Shown here in pieces: positions 36,148 to 48,303 of a stretch of 64,000 bases of DNA (positions within the stretch are counted from its first letter, which is position 1; each line of letters opens with the position of its first letter). The translations under genes were made by a program, and so were the position numbers. Location: positions 1-64,000 of the forward strand of contig JAVECO010000030.1 of NCBI GenBank assembly GCA_051942205.1, written 5' to 3'. Origin of the DNA: Coniocarpon cinnabarinum (taxonomy: Eukaryota). The notes beneath the pieces were generated by a model. It searched no databases. It was given only the letters and a program-made list of their open reading frames with translations, and had not been told where the DNA came from.

Positions 36148-36936
36148 TCTTTCAATTGCACAGAACTTCCTACATGAAACTTGAGCTTACAAAGGTGATG
36201 CACAGCCTCCTCGCCTCAGAATGCAGAAAGCCTAACCGTAACATCTTCAAGTCTGCCTGCTTCAATTTTGGAATGTTTGGGATAGTGTGTCAAGATGAAG
36301 ATCACGCTTTGGGTAAATTTAATTGTTCATCATTCTGAGCTGTCGATAATACAAATTCTCCACAACCGGGGAGCAGTTTCCCGAATTGGGAAAAACATGA
36401 TTTAATTTGCCTTTTGATTTCTAAATGGCCTTAAAAGCTACAAAAGATAGTAGCAAATCAGATTCCTACTCACAAAGGGTAATACGGGCGCAAGCATGCG
36501 CTCAAGGCGCGCCATCAATGTTGCCATCGCAGCAGACCTGTATTGCGGCAGAAGCAGGGCATCTACGGGATACCTGCTACCTTTCTAATGTTTCTGGACG
36601 CGAACGGAAAGTAGATGGAGGCTTTTTGATCTATTCAGGGCAAGGCTTGGTAACTTTCAATTCTTTCGTCATGAGGCACCCGCTTCTTGGAAAGCGCTGT
36701 CTCGATTTTCGTAAACAGATAGAAGAGACGTGATCCCCAAGGTAAGCAATACGTGGGCGAAGTCGCAGCCGCGGTTACTTCATCGACGTTCATGCATGAC
36801 ACATTCTTTCATCTACTTCATTGCGCGCCGTGCTAATGTTTTCAGCAACCTATAATTTTCGCGAGACTGTATTTCTTTGCTACGAGAACGTTTCAATGCT
36901 CTGCACAACCCGCTGCCAACCCATATCGGTACCGCG

Positions 36937-38458
36937 ATGACTAAGGGAAGACAAAGCGGTCTGCGAGGTTTCCTCAGAAATGCCACGGTAATACTGGCCG
37001 AAGCCCGCCTCAGAGCGAGAGCAGCATTTCGAGCTCGGGACTATGGCTTTGGATTCGAAATGGAACTGTTCCTGACACCGAAAGATATGACTGTGTCATC
37101 TCCCGAGGGGTTCTCACATCATAGACAGCAATCGCTCTCCGAATTTGCGCAAACTCTAAGTAATCTTTACCTTGCTTACATTGCCGGATTGTCAATGGGA
37201 AAGAGTATGGATTGCGCGGAAATGGAGGTTGACGTACCAGACTTTCCCAGAGATGCTATCGATGTCGATTATCCAACAGATGTGGAGATGACAGATGTGG
37301 GAACATCAACACGCCTTGAAAAACAATCTCAACGCGAGCCCATGGAGATCGATTTCCCAGGGAGTTCTGTGCGCGAATCTGCAAGGGCCAGACCGTATGA
37401 GCGCTGGACGTTGAAGGATGATGCAAGTATTCGTGTCTCTGGGCCAGATCTGTGTAAGTCTTCGACTGTATCGCTTACGTGACGCATCACCTAGCCGATG
37501 GCTCAGTGTTCGTTATCCTAGACGTATGAGGAATCGTTGCCTGCCTGACTATGTTTGCTGCAGTTTGGACCTCACGATGCTGATGCAGATTGAGCGCGTC
37601 TCTACTTTCAACTGCGTCCAAGACTGAATTTACGGGCTGACTAATCTCTCCCAGGGGGCATCGAGATCGTATCGCCTATACTACTCCTGACGCCGTGGCG
37701 CAAAACAGTAAGACCTCTGTGGAGTTTCCTGCGCCAGACGTACTCGATCACCGGAAATGAGCAATGCAGTACACACGTGCATCTTGGACAGAGGAGCAGA
37801 TTCTCTGAGGCACAAGCAAGTCGCATCGCAATCGCGTATGTGCACTGGGAGCGTGCTTGGATGGCGATTCTTCCAGACTCGCGCAAAGGGAACGCTTATT
37901 GTAAGAGTAACTATCTCGACCACAAAAAGCTCGCTCGTGCCGGTCTTAGAAGACAGCAGGCGATAGAACAGATTGAACAATGGGTGCAGCAGGGAAGTTT
38001 CCTGGAGGAGATTAACTACAGTGATCCTGACAGATACTTTGCTTTCAATTTCACGAACCTGAGGGAGGAAGAGGGCAAAGCAACAATAGAGTGCCGTCTC
38101 GGCGATGTCAGTATGTTTGTCATACCATGTATTCATGAAAGCGAACGGCGAGACTCACATTTGTACTTTAGGCACCTCCAGTACCGATGCTGAGAAGTGG
38201 ATTATGCTGTGTACATCTTTCATGTTGGCGGCGCTAAAGTATCCTCCACAGAGAGAATTTATGCCCTGCACAGTGAGGAACTTGGAGCGGTTTATGCTTG
38301 GCGCAAAGATGTTCGACCCCAGCAATGCCATCCGAGGGGCTTTCAACGGGCAACGCGATCGGAGTATTGAGCCGCCAAGGGTGTGCAGGATTGATTCGCA
38401 CACCGAGGAGGAGTTGAAAAGGCTACAAGATCTAATCGCTGTCGATAGCGGTCATTGA
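36937..38458 (+). CDS. Putative amidoligase (Amidoligase_2-like COOH-NH2 ligase); join(36937..37453,37655..38110,38172..38458)
   Basis: FGFEMELFL, WTLKDDASI, |WGIEIVSPIL, CSTHVHLG, RYFAFNFTNL, TIECR, EKWI..CTSF in family order; two phase-1 introns GTAAGT..CTAAT..CAG and GTATGT..TAG. Confidence 0.8.
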
Positions 38459-39048
38459 CGACCGCTAGGCCTTCTGCGCGGCCATTCCATATCTGCGATA
38501 TTTCTAGCATTTAGATCATCAGAGACTACAGCAGTTGTCCTCGCCTCCCTGAAATAGACAACTGCAAGACTTAGTTGTAATTCATTGCCGGAACCAACGC
38601 TTCACAGGTTCTCTTGTAATCATCATTACCGGCTCACTCCTGCAGAATCCTCTTGTACTATGCTTCACACCTACCACTGTTTCTTTTAAAAAGGTCGTCG
38701 AGCCCAAAGCGTCGAAAAGGTCCGCGTTGCCAATGAAATAGTGGTAGTCCTACGCCAATCCCAGCACAAAAAACGGTGAGTTGCAAAACCCTAGGCCTCT
38801 GAGATGCGCCACAATACTAGCCGGATGCCGACACATCTTATCACCGAAGTCCGTTAGCTATCGCGATCTGCGCTGCGGCCTTGCGCCCTCACTCCTCCAT
38901 TTGCTTTCGTCCCTTCACCAGGCGATCACTTGCGCGGATACATCTGAATGACCGTGGTAGCTGCATCCGCTAGCTCTAGCAACTCATGGCCCACTCGAAT
39001 GCTCCAATGGCTTGTGCATCCTAAGATGCTATCAGCCATCTTTCAACT

Positions 39049-42000
39049 ATGACCAACTTCACAACCACCGCCCGCGTCCAGTCTGGACGAGATGACCAGG
39101 ACGCGGTCGGCGGGCTCAGTGACGGGCTTGAAGAGCTGTTTGGGTTCCTATTCGAATCACAGAGTGCTTTCGCGGAAAGCCCGAGACCTGCAAAGAAGCG
39201 ACGCATAGAGGGCACAAAATCTGCGGTTGGTTCAGGCTTAGAGTCTGACGGTCCAGATGACATATGCGTCGCTGAGGTTACTATTGACATGGTATGCTGA
39301 CATAACGTCTCGAATGGAGGTTCGTCATTGACGGGGCAGATCAGGTGCATAACCAGGCCGAGAATGGCGATAGATCATACGACGCCAGCATTCTACAAGA
39401 GGCTACTGTAGCTCCCCTCAGCCATGAGTATCCTGATGGAGGAGACGGCATTGTCATTGATATTGGCAGGCAGGGCGATCTGTCCTCTGGCTCCGTTGCC
39501 GTAGTATTATCTACAAAAGACGCCGAGCAGTTAAATATCCACTTACAACACTTGATCCCCTTACCAGTCTCAAGGCCTCCAATGAACAACTCACCTCCTT
39601 CTTTCCATATGTGGACAAGTTCTCGTTTTCTTCAACGGGAAGACGGCTCGTACGGGCTCAAAATCAAGATATGGTGTAACACCTTGGATGTACCTTACCA
39701 GAAGTCAAGAGCCGCCCGTGGTGACGTTTACGATGCTCTTCGACACTTTTGCCAACCTTCAAAGGAGTCCTTGGCCAATACGACCTCGAGCACTGCACAG
39801 CTTTTCTATGAAGTTGTTCACACCCCTGACCCCACTATGAAACCGCCACCCTTAATACAACACCCTTTACTTCGGACGGAAATGTTCCCGTTTCAGAAAC
39901 GAGCTGTTACTTGGCTTCTAGAAAGAGAACGTGTTAGGATAGGCGATGACGGTGTTGTTTCCGACGTAAGCGGGGTCCAACATTCCACGCCCCTCTCCTA
40001 TCATGAGTTCTTCGACTCTGATGGACGTCCATTCTACGTTAGCCGCCTCCTTGGACACGTAATTCGCAATCCTTGCGCAGCAAACTCGTTGCATCAGCAT
40101 CTGCATGGCGGCATTCTATCCGAAGAGATGGGACTTGGCAAGACCGTTGAACTCATAGACCTCGTCAACCTCCACCCACGCACTGCGGATTTGGGCGAGA
40201 GCACAATGGACGCGTATTCAAATGAGAAAGTGAAGATTTCTTCTGCAACTCTGGTCGTCTCTCCTCCAGCTATCTTGGATCAATGGATATCCGAGATACG
40301 TTCGCACGCTCCAGATATGAAAGTTTTTCACTATAAGGGCGTCAAGCAATCAGAAGATCGCATAATGGACACGCTGCTTGAGCAAGATATAGTAGTGACC
40401 ACCTATCAGGTCTTGGCCTCGGAAATTCATTACGCAAATGAGAAGCCTCAAAGAAACATGAGGCATCAGAAGAAATATGTGCAGAGACGTTCGCCGCTCG
40501 TCAAGATCCTGTGGTGGCGGGTTTGTCTAGACGAAGCGCAAATGATAGAGTCTGGTGTCAGCAGCGCGGCCACCGTGGCTCGCCGAATTCCTCGATGCAA
40601 TGCATGGGCTGTCACGGGCACACCACTTAAAAAGGATATCAAGGATCTTTTAGGTCTTTTGATATTCCTTCGCTTTGAGCCATTCTGCGACTCTACAGTC
40701 TGGAAAAGCATGGAGCAGCATCCAGGAGTATTCTCTCATCTATTTAGTTCTATCGCCATGCGCCATACCAAGGCTCAAGTTAGGACTGAGTTGCAACTTC
40801 CCCCTCAGAAGCGGGTCGTCGTCACTTTGCCCTTTACTGCAATTGAAGAGCAGCACTACAAGCAGTTGTTCGACGAGATGTGCGCCGAGATCGGTCTCGA
40901 CAGGAAAGGCGCTCCAATGCATGAGTACTGGGATCCCGAATCTGAAAGTACAGTCTCAAGGATGCGACAGTGGTTGACGCGACTGAGGCAGACTTGCTTA
41001 CATCCTGAAGTTGGAGAACGCAACAAGCGTGCTCTTGGACGCAGCGGTGGTGCGCTCAGAACGGTAGAAGAGGTTTTGCAAGTCATGATCGAGCAAAACG
41101 AGACGAGTCTACGTTCTATGGAACGAGGCGCGATCTCCGCAAAGCTTACGCAAGGCCATCTTCTCTTGTTTGCCCAGTGTGTTGACAAAGAGAAGGCGCT
41201 GAATCTGTACCTTCAAGCATTGCAAATCGCAAGCGAGGCTGTAGTGGAGTGTCGTGAGCAAATGCAAGAGGAAGCGAAAAGACTTGGCGAGGAGGTAGAT
41301 GGACTCAAAACGTCGGAACTCAATGCCATCGATGCCGATGAACGTAAATCAGAACGTTTGAGCGCCCATCGCAATCGTCTCCGCAATGCTCTTGAACTGG
41401 AACATGCCAGCGCATTCTTCGTCGCAACAGCATATTACCAGATGAAGATGCAGAAGACAGATGGGAATGAAGACTCAACAGAATACCAGGAATTTGAAAA
41501 ATCAGAAATTGACTACTATGATCATGCCCGAGGTACGTACATTTCAAATATGGCAGCGCGCCTTCAAGATACACCGGACGAAGCGACGGCAAGCAATAGT
41601 GGCATCGTGGTCCCACCTCTTATAACTCTCTTCCAAATACATTGCTAACGAACATTCCTCTAGGCGTTCGCAGGGAGATGCTGAGAGATATTGCTACCAG
41701 CACGCAAAAGCTCATAGCCGATGTTCGGAAGACCACTGATGCGAAAAAGCATAGCTCATCATTATTTCCTTCCTCTTCTAACCACGGCGGCATTGAAAGT
41801 CAAAAGGTGTTCAGAGCTATCGACAGCATTAGCTCCCTAATAAATCGGCAGTCTCGGCAGCTTCAGGAGTGGAGGAGCAAGCTCGCTGGACTGCTTTCCG
41901 AAAGTCTTCTGGATCAAGAGGAAGTTGAGCTTACTGGAGACGAATACGATGCCACCCTCAAGAACCAGGACGAGCAATACGTGTATTTGTTTGTTCTGCG

Positions 42001-43666
42001 GGCACTTGTCGCTCAACGTCACGAGACTTTGAATGGTCAAGTCAACGCTCTAGTGTACCATGAGATCAAAGAAGCCCTGAAACAAGCCAAGGAAGGAGAG
42101 GGACATGATCCGGAGCTTATGAAGTCGGCATTGGAAACATGCTCGCTTCTGGCACCTGCGCGTGGTGAAATGCTGCCTGTCCCAAACTATGTACCTCCCA
42201 ATGAGCAATCAGTCACTGGTATTGTAGTTGATATGAGGGCCATGATAACGTCTTTGCGATTCAACGAAGGAACACGAGGTAGCACTCGTGCAGCAAACGA
42301 AGCGAGTATGTTAGAGGGAGAGTTGAAGAGGTTACAGCAAGCTTCTAAGGAGCGAACGGAGGCTTTAAAAGCCCATGAGAAAGATGTCGATTTATACCGA
42401 AGTACCATGAACAGTCGTCTTGAGTATTACCGACAGCTACAGGCGATCTCGGACACCGTTCGACCATATCAAGAGCATGAGAGTGAGGCTCTTGATTCCA
42501 AGAAACTCAAGCAAGAGCAGACGACGGAGCAACGCCAAGCTGACAAAGCTCGTGTTTTACGAACTAAGCGGAAGTTCTTGCATCACCTTCAACATCAAAA
42601 GGATGGCAGAGACGAGCGGCGGCCATGCATAATCTGTCTGCAGCCTTTTGAAGTGGGCGTGCTAACTGTGTGCGCCCATGAGTTTTGCAAAGATTGCATT
42701 TCAATATGGATGAGCGATCATAAGACCTGCCCAATGTGCAAAAAACCGCTGCGTTTGACGGATCTTCATAACGTTACGTACAAGCCACGGGAGATGCAGG
42801 CCCAGGAAGAGCGTCAATCAGCTAGCCCCAGCTCTTCTGATGTTTCAGATGATTCGTCGAGGAGCAGCATCTACTCCAATATCTCTGAAGAGGCTTTAAA
42901 CGACATCAAGGCGATCGATTTGCCAACTTCATACTCCTCTAAACTTGACACGATTGCTCGGCATCTCTTGTATCTCCGTGCTAACGAGCCAGGGGTCAAG
43001 ACGGTCCTATTCTCCCAGTATCGTGACTTCCTTGGTGTGTTAGGCAGGACACTCCGGCGTTGCAAAATTTCCTTCACCGAGATCCAATCAAAGAACGGGA
43101 TTCGGAGTTTCAAGGAAGATCCGAATGTGGAATGCTTCCTTCTACATGCCAAAGCCGACTCCTCTGGACTCAATCTAGTGAACGCAACGCACGTCATCTT
43201 ATGTGAGCCTCTCATCAACACTGCCGTGGAATTGCAAGCCATATCTCGGGTGCATCGTATCGGTCAACGACGCGCCACAACAGTCTGGATGTACGTGGTC
43301 GCTGACTCGGTCGAGGAAGCGATCTACGAGATCTCAGTGGACCGAAGACTTCGACTCATGGGCGGCAAATCGGGTCGCGTCAGCACGGAACCTTCTCGTG
43401 CAGGCACGCCAGCTTTGGAGTCCAGGCTGGACGCGGTCAATTCCATAGAGCTACAGTCAGCACCACTCAGCAAGCTGATGACTCCAGGAGCCAGCGGAGG
43501 GGAGATTGTTGCTAATGATGATCTATGGAGCTGTCTCTTCGGCAAGGCAAAGGACGAGCCATCGGAGGAGACCACAAGGGAAATGGAAGAGACAATTGGT
43601 CGCCATCTTCGCGCTGAAGCCGCTGATAGCCGGCTGGTCAATGGGCAAGGTCAGTCGTCACAGTGA
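39049..43666 (+). CDS. IRC20: SNF2-family helicase / RING E3 ligase, IRC20/SHPRH-like; join(39049..39291,39345..41532,41664..43666)
   Basis: GGILSEEMGLGKT, WWRVCLDEAQ, VTGTP, RLRQTCLHP, RING CIIC..CAHEFCKDC..CPMC, SSGLNLVNATHV, QAISRVHRIGQ; LEYYRQLQAISD motif. 5' start uncertain. Confidence 0.88.
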
Positions 43667-44014
43667 TAGTCCTTGTGGTCATCACGTGGAGTCACTTAAA
43701 GAATCAACATAACGCAGTGAAGACTAGACAGTGATTTAGCTGAATGAATGAGGCTATGCCAGTATATGTAAACAGATCAATAGTATCGCCGGGGAGTCTG
43801 TGGGAAGCAGGCGTCAAACCCTTTTTCGCTAGTCGGCGCTCCCCCAAAGTCACGTTAGGTCTCAACCTTCGAACACTTCCTTCAGGTAAGGCTGTCAAAC
43901 GAAAGTTCAAACGATGAAAAGTACTGACAAGTGTGTTTTGCCGCAAAAGCCTCCCCTGTGACCCATGAGCCCCTGACTGGCCCCCCTTCTCACTGCGCCA
44001 CGCCAAGCCACTCT

Positions 44015-44050
44015 ACGCGTGCTATTGACCTACACGCGGTGGTGACGCGT
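44015..44050. promoter_or_regulatory. Cluster of MCB (ACGCGT) elements upstream of MSH3
   Basis: ACGCGT at 44015-44020 and 44045-44050, plus ACGCGG at 44034-44039, 90-125 bp before the MSH3 ATG. Confidence 0.6.
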
Positions 44051-44138
44051 TCAAGACACCCATTAGAGTTTGTATGCAATACATCTAATTGCAGTGCAGT
44101 GCATCATGCCGCAATAGCGTAGCTACCAAGCGCTAACA

Positions 44139-47100
44139 ATGTCTGCAGCCTCGAGTGAGAAGAAGCAAGCCTCACTATCCCGCTTCTTCTCTGCGAAGCC
44201 CACTCCCTCCCTAAAGAAGAGCCCGTCCCAACAAACTCCACCCCAACCTGACAGCAACTCAAACGCAGATCCCGGACCGGACCAAGACAGCAACAATGTT
44301 GCTGCGGACAACGATGACGAGGATCAAGAGCCTGTGCGAAATGGCCGTCGCAGCATCTCGAAGCGATCATGGGAGTTTGACGGGCATGAAGCTGCTGACA
44401 GTACGCCGCCTGTCAAGCGAACACGGATATCCATATCCCCTGAAGGCGGCTTGAAGACACCGCGGAATGCGTTGTCGGAGCTGCAGTCTTCACGTGAAAC
44501 ACATGATATACTAACGCTGAGCCGGCAGAGGTCGAGCAAAGTGACTGGTCCCGTCTCAAAGTACGTCTTTGGCAGCCCGTCCTCTTCGAAAGAAAATGAT
44601 CCCGCGGAAGACGAGGAGACGATTGTCAAAAGGCAAAAGCAGCATGATCGGTTCGTGAAGAAGCTGGGCAACCCAAACAGCATTAGCGACATCAAACGGC
44701 GTAATGGGTTTATTGAAGATGAGACAGCAGGAGCCGAAGACCCGGAGGAGGGAGAGGAAGATGAAGATGAGACACCTCCCAAGCCCGTCAAAAACAAGGC
44801 TGCCTCGAGCAAAAATCGGTCAACCAGTCTTACGCCCATGGAGAAGCAATTTCTAGAAATCAAAAGAAAGCACATGAACACCATCATCATCTATGAGGTG
44901 GGGTATAAATTCCGCTTTTTTGGAGAAGATGCTAGAGTCGCTGCCAAAGAATTGAACATTGTCTGCATCCCCGGCAAGTTTCGCTTTGACGAGCATCCTT
45001 CCGAGGCACACATCGATCGCTTTGCGTCCGCAAGCATTCCAACGCATCGCTTGCAGGTACACACCAAGCGTCTCATTGAGGCTGGACATAAAGTTGGCAT
45101 TGTAAGACAAATTGAGACGGCGGCTTTGAAGGCGGCCGGCGACAACCGCAATACGCCTTTCATAAGGAAGTTGACGAACTTGTACACGAAAGGCACCTAT
45201 GTGGATGATGTTGAAGATCTCGGTGAGGGAAGAGCATCAACAGAAGGGAGTGCGCCCGCCACCGGGCATCTGCTGTGTATCACCGAGACTAACGCCAAAG
45301 GCTGGGGTAATGATGAGAAAGTGAATGTTGGCATAGTTGCTGTGCAGCCTGGAACCGGAGACATAATCTATGACGACTTTGAGGATGGCTTCATGAGGGG
45401 TGAGCTCGAAACAAGACTACTACACATCGCACCGTGCGAGTTCTTAGTTGTCGGTGAGCTGTCAAAGGCTACCGAACGACTCATCCAGCACCTTTCAGGC
45501 ACTAAGGTGAATGTGTTCGATGAGAAAGCGAGAGTCGAACGAGTGATGCGAACGAAGACTGCGGCGGCCAATGCATATAGCCACATCGACAGCTTCTACT
45601 CCGGCAAGCTGAGAAGCTCTGAGGCTGTTGGTGCGGATCTGAGCCGGTGGCTCGACAAAGTGCACAAGCTGTCAGAGAACGTCTCGATATGTCTCTCGTC
45701 AATGATCCAGCACTTGACAGAGTATGGGCTCGAGCATGTTTTCGACCTCACCAAGAACTTCCAGCCATTCAGCTCCAGATCTTACATGCTACTCAACGGC
45801 AACACACTTCACAGCCTAGAAATCTTCCGCAATCAAACCACGAAGGATGAGACTGGAAGTTTGCTTTGGGTGCTTGATCAGACACAGACACGTTTTGGAC
45901 AACGACTATTACGAAAATGGGTGGGTCGACCACTTCTGGACAAAACACAACTACAACAGCGCATAGACGCAGTGGAGGAGCTCAAAGATCGTAACGGGTC
46001 GGTGATGGTAGAGAAGCTACGGGGTGTCCTATCGAAAGCAAAATTCGATTTGGAGAGGAGCCTGATCCGCATCTACTATGGCAAATGTACGAGACCGGAA
46101 CTTTTACAACTACTCCAGGTCCTGCAGCGAGTTGCGTCGGAGTTTGCACAAGTCGAATCTGCGCAACAGACAGGCTTTGAGGCGGAGCTTCTGAGGAACG
46201 CAGTCGCATCTCTGCCGCTCATACTACAGGATGTTGTGTCTTACCTGGATCGCATCAACGCTGAAGCTGCGAAGGCAGATGACAAAACAGAGTTCTTTCG
46301 TCAAGACCATGAGACTGTCGACATTTCAGAACACAAGTCTGGGATCGCCATCGCAGACTCGCACCTCGATGATTTTAGGTCTGAAGCAGCCGCGAAGCTG
46401 GGCAAAAAGCGAGTCGACTATGTCTCATGTGCTGGGATCGATTTCTTAGTCGAAGTAGAGACGGCGTCTGTCAAGAAAGTGCCTGCGTCGTGGCAAAAGA
46501 TTAGTGGTACTAAGAAACTTTCTCGATTTCATCCGCCCGAGGTCGTTCGTCTCCTGCAGAAGCGTGATCAGCACAAGGAGTCTTTGGCGGCTGCTTGTGA
46601 CGCCGCGTACTCTGACCTGTTGGCCGAGATCTCTGCGAAGTACCAGTCCTTCCGTAACTGCATTCAGTCGCTTGCCACGCTCGACTGTCTCTTCTCACTC
46701 GCCGACGTTGCCGCCCGACCTGGCTATTGCAAGCCTTGCTTTTCCGATAAGACCGAAATCACGGTAGCCGCCGGTCGCCATCCCATGGTTGAGCAGATTC
46801 TGCTCTCCACTTACGTGCCCAACGATGTGTCCTTGTCTTCTGACGGAACCCGCGCCATGCTGATTACAGGACCCAACATGGGCGGCAAATCGTCATACGT
46901 GCGGCAAGTCGCGCTGCTGTCCATCATGGCTCAGATCGGATCGTACGTCCCCGCAGAAACGGCAACAATGGGCATGCTGGACGCCGTCTTCACGCGTATG
47001 GGCGCATTTGATAATATGTTGGCAGGCGAAAGCACATTCATGGTGGAGCTGTCCGAGACGGCCGACATTATCAAACAGGCATCTCCCCGAAGTCTCGTGA

Positions 47101-47600
47101 TACTCGACGAGCTCGGCCGCGGCACAAGCACCCATGATGGCGTGGCAATCGCACATGCGGTACTAGACCACGTCGTTCGCGAGTCGAAATGCCTCACGCT
47201 CTTCATCACGCACTATCAAAGTCTAGCTCTGGTCGCGAACTCGTTCCCAAACCGCGAATTGAAGAATGTACACATGAAGTTCGCCGAAACGGACAGAACC
47301 ACACATGGCAAAGAAGACAGCACTAGCGAGGCTGACATCGGCGATAAGGACATTACGTTCTTGTATGAGGTCGGTGACGGCATGGCTCATCGTAGCTACG
47401 GACTGAACGTTGCTAAACTTGCGAATGTGCCGAGTGAAGTGCTGGAAGTGGCGGGTGTGGAGAGTCGGAAGTTGGAAGAGGACGTGAGGGGTGCGAAGGT
47501 CAGGGGAACCGCCCGGACTATGCGGAGGGCACTGGAAGGAGAGCGTTTAGTTGAAGATCTGGATATAGATGCGTTGGCTACGGCGGTAGAGGAATTGTAA
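44139..47600 (+). CDS. MSH3: DNA mismatch repair protein Msh3 (MutS beta)
   Basis: PIP box [28 protein letters not shown] (Msh3-type), [33 protein letters not shown]. Confidence 0.96.
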   Translation: MSAASSEKKQASLSRFFSAKPTPSLKKSPSQQTPPQPDSNSNADPGPDQDSNNVAADNDDEDQEPVRNGRRSISKRSWEFDGHEAADSTPPVKRTRISISPEGGLKTPRNALSELQSSRETHDILTLSRQRSSKVTGPVSKYVFGSPSSSKENDPAEDEETIVKRQKQHDRFVKKLGNPNSISDIKRRNGFIEDETAGAEDPEEGEEDEDETPPKPVKNKAASSKNRSTSLTPMEKQFLEIKRKHMNTIIIYEVGYKFRFFGEDARVAAKELNIVCIPGKFRFDEHPSEAHIDRFASASIPTHRLQVHTKRLIEAGHKVGIVRQIETAALKAAGDNRNTPFIRKLTNLYTKGTYVDDVEDLGEGRASTEGSAPATGHLLCITETNAKGWGNDEKVNVGIVAVQPGTGDIIYDDFEDGFMRGELETRLLHIAPCEFLVVGELSKATERLIQHLSGTKVNVFDEKARVERVMRTKTAAANAYSHIDSFYSGKLRSSEAVGADLSRWLDKVHKLSENVSICLSSMIQHLTEYGLEHVFDLTKNFQPFSSRSYMLLNGNTLHSLEIFRNQTTKDETGSLLWVLDQTQTRFGQRLLRKWVGRPLLDKTQLQQRIDAVEELKDRNGSVMVEKLRGVLSKAKFDLERSLIRIYYGKCTRPELLQLLQVLQRVASEFAQVESAQQTGFEAELLRNAVASLPLILQDVVSYLDRINAEAAKADDKTEFFRQDHETVDISEHKSGIAIADSHLDDFRSEAAAKLGKKRVDYVSCAGIDFLVEVETASVKKVPASWQKISGTKKLSRFHPPEVVRLLQKRDQHKESLAAACDAAYSDLLAEISAKYQSFRNCIQSLATLDCLFSLADVAARPGYCKPCFSDKTEITVAAGRHPMVEQILLSTYVPNDVSLSSDGTRAMLITGPNMGGKSSYVRQVALLSIMAQIGSYVPAETATMGMLDAVFTRMGAFDNMLAGESTFMVELSETADIIKQASPRSLVILDELGRGTSTHDGVAIAHAVLDHVVRESKCLTLFITHYQSLALVANSFPNRELKNVHMKFAETDRTTHGKEDSTSEADIGDKDITFLYEVGDGMAHRSYGLNVAKLANVPSEVLEVAGVESRKLEEDVRGAKVRGTARTMRRALEGERLVEDLDIDALATAVEEL

Positions 47601-47940
47601 GCTTGCATGAAGACATTGTATAAGTAGATCTGTATCGAAGTTGGTATCAGGTTAGAGGTCAAAATATTACTCACAGATGCCGGTGCAGCATCTGCTTCTG
47701 TCCTCGTCTCAAGAGTCTAACTTGACTCAGATCAAATCCAGAGTCAAAGGCTACAACGGCAGCTTCTCTACTTCTAGAAACCAAAAGATAGGGGCAAATA
47801 TCCCAAAGGGGTAATTCATGAAGCAAGTGTGAGCACAGGCGGAGGTGATGTCCTCCCGACATCCTCCAAAAATGTGTTATACAGGGGGGAAAAGGACCAA
47901 AAAACGTCGATGACAAGCACTGCGTTTGTACATGTCTTTC

Positions 47941-48030
47941 CATTCGACGCGGGACTCGAACCCGCAGCCTCCAGATTTCAGGCTGCGTGATGCATAGAAG
48001 TCTGGCGCGCTACCATTGCGCCAGCCGAAC
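47941..48030 (-). tRNA. tRNA-Arg(UCU) with 18-nt intron
   Basis: Reverse complement GTTCGGC TGGCGCAATGGTAGCGCG CCAGA CT-TCT-A [tgcatcacgcagcctgaa] A TCTGG AGGCT GCGGG TTCGAGT CCCGC GTCGAAT G; A and B boxes and all stems pair; intron sits at the canonical 37/38 position. Confidence 0.93.
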
Positions 48031-48303
48031 GACGGTGTATTTGCTGAATCAAAGTCACATGCCAATTTCAAATATTCACCAATGTAATATATATACTCTA
48101 TACACAAATAGGGCAGGGTGAAGGTAAGAGGGCAAAGCTTGCCGCCTATAGTCCTCCCGTACGGGTAGATTCTTGAAACACATATGTCAGAAGTGTTTGA
48201 GGTGCTTGATATGACACCTATTCATAACCCTGCGCCTCGCTATGCAATTTGTCCTTTTCATATCATAACAGCATCCAATGATAGCACGTCAAACAGTCTT
48301 CCC

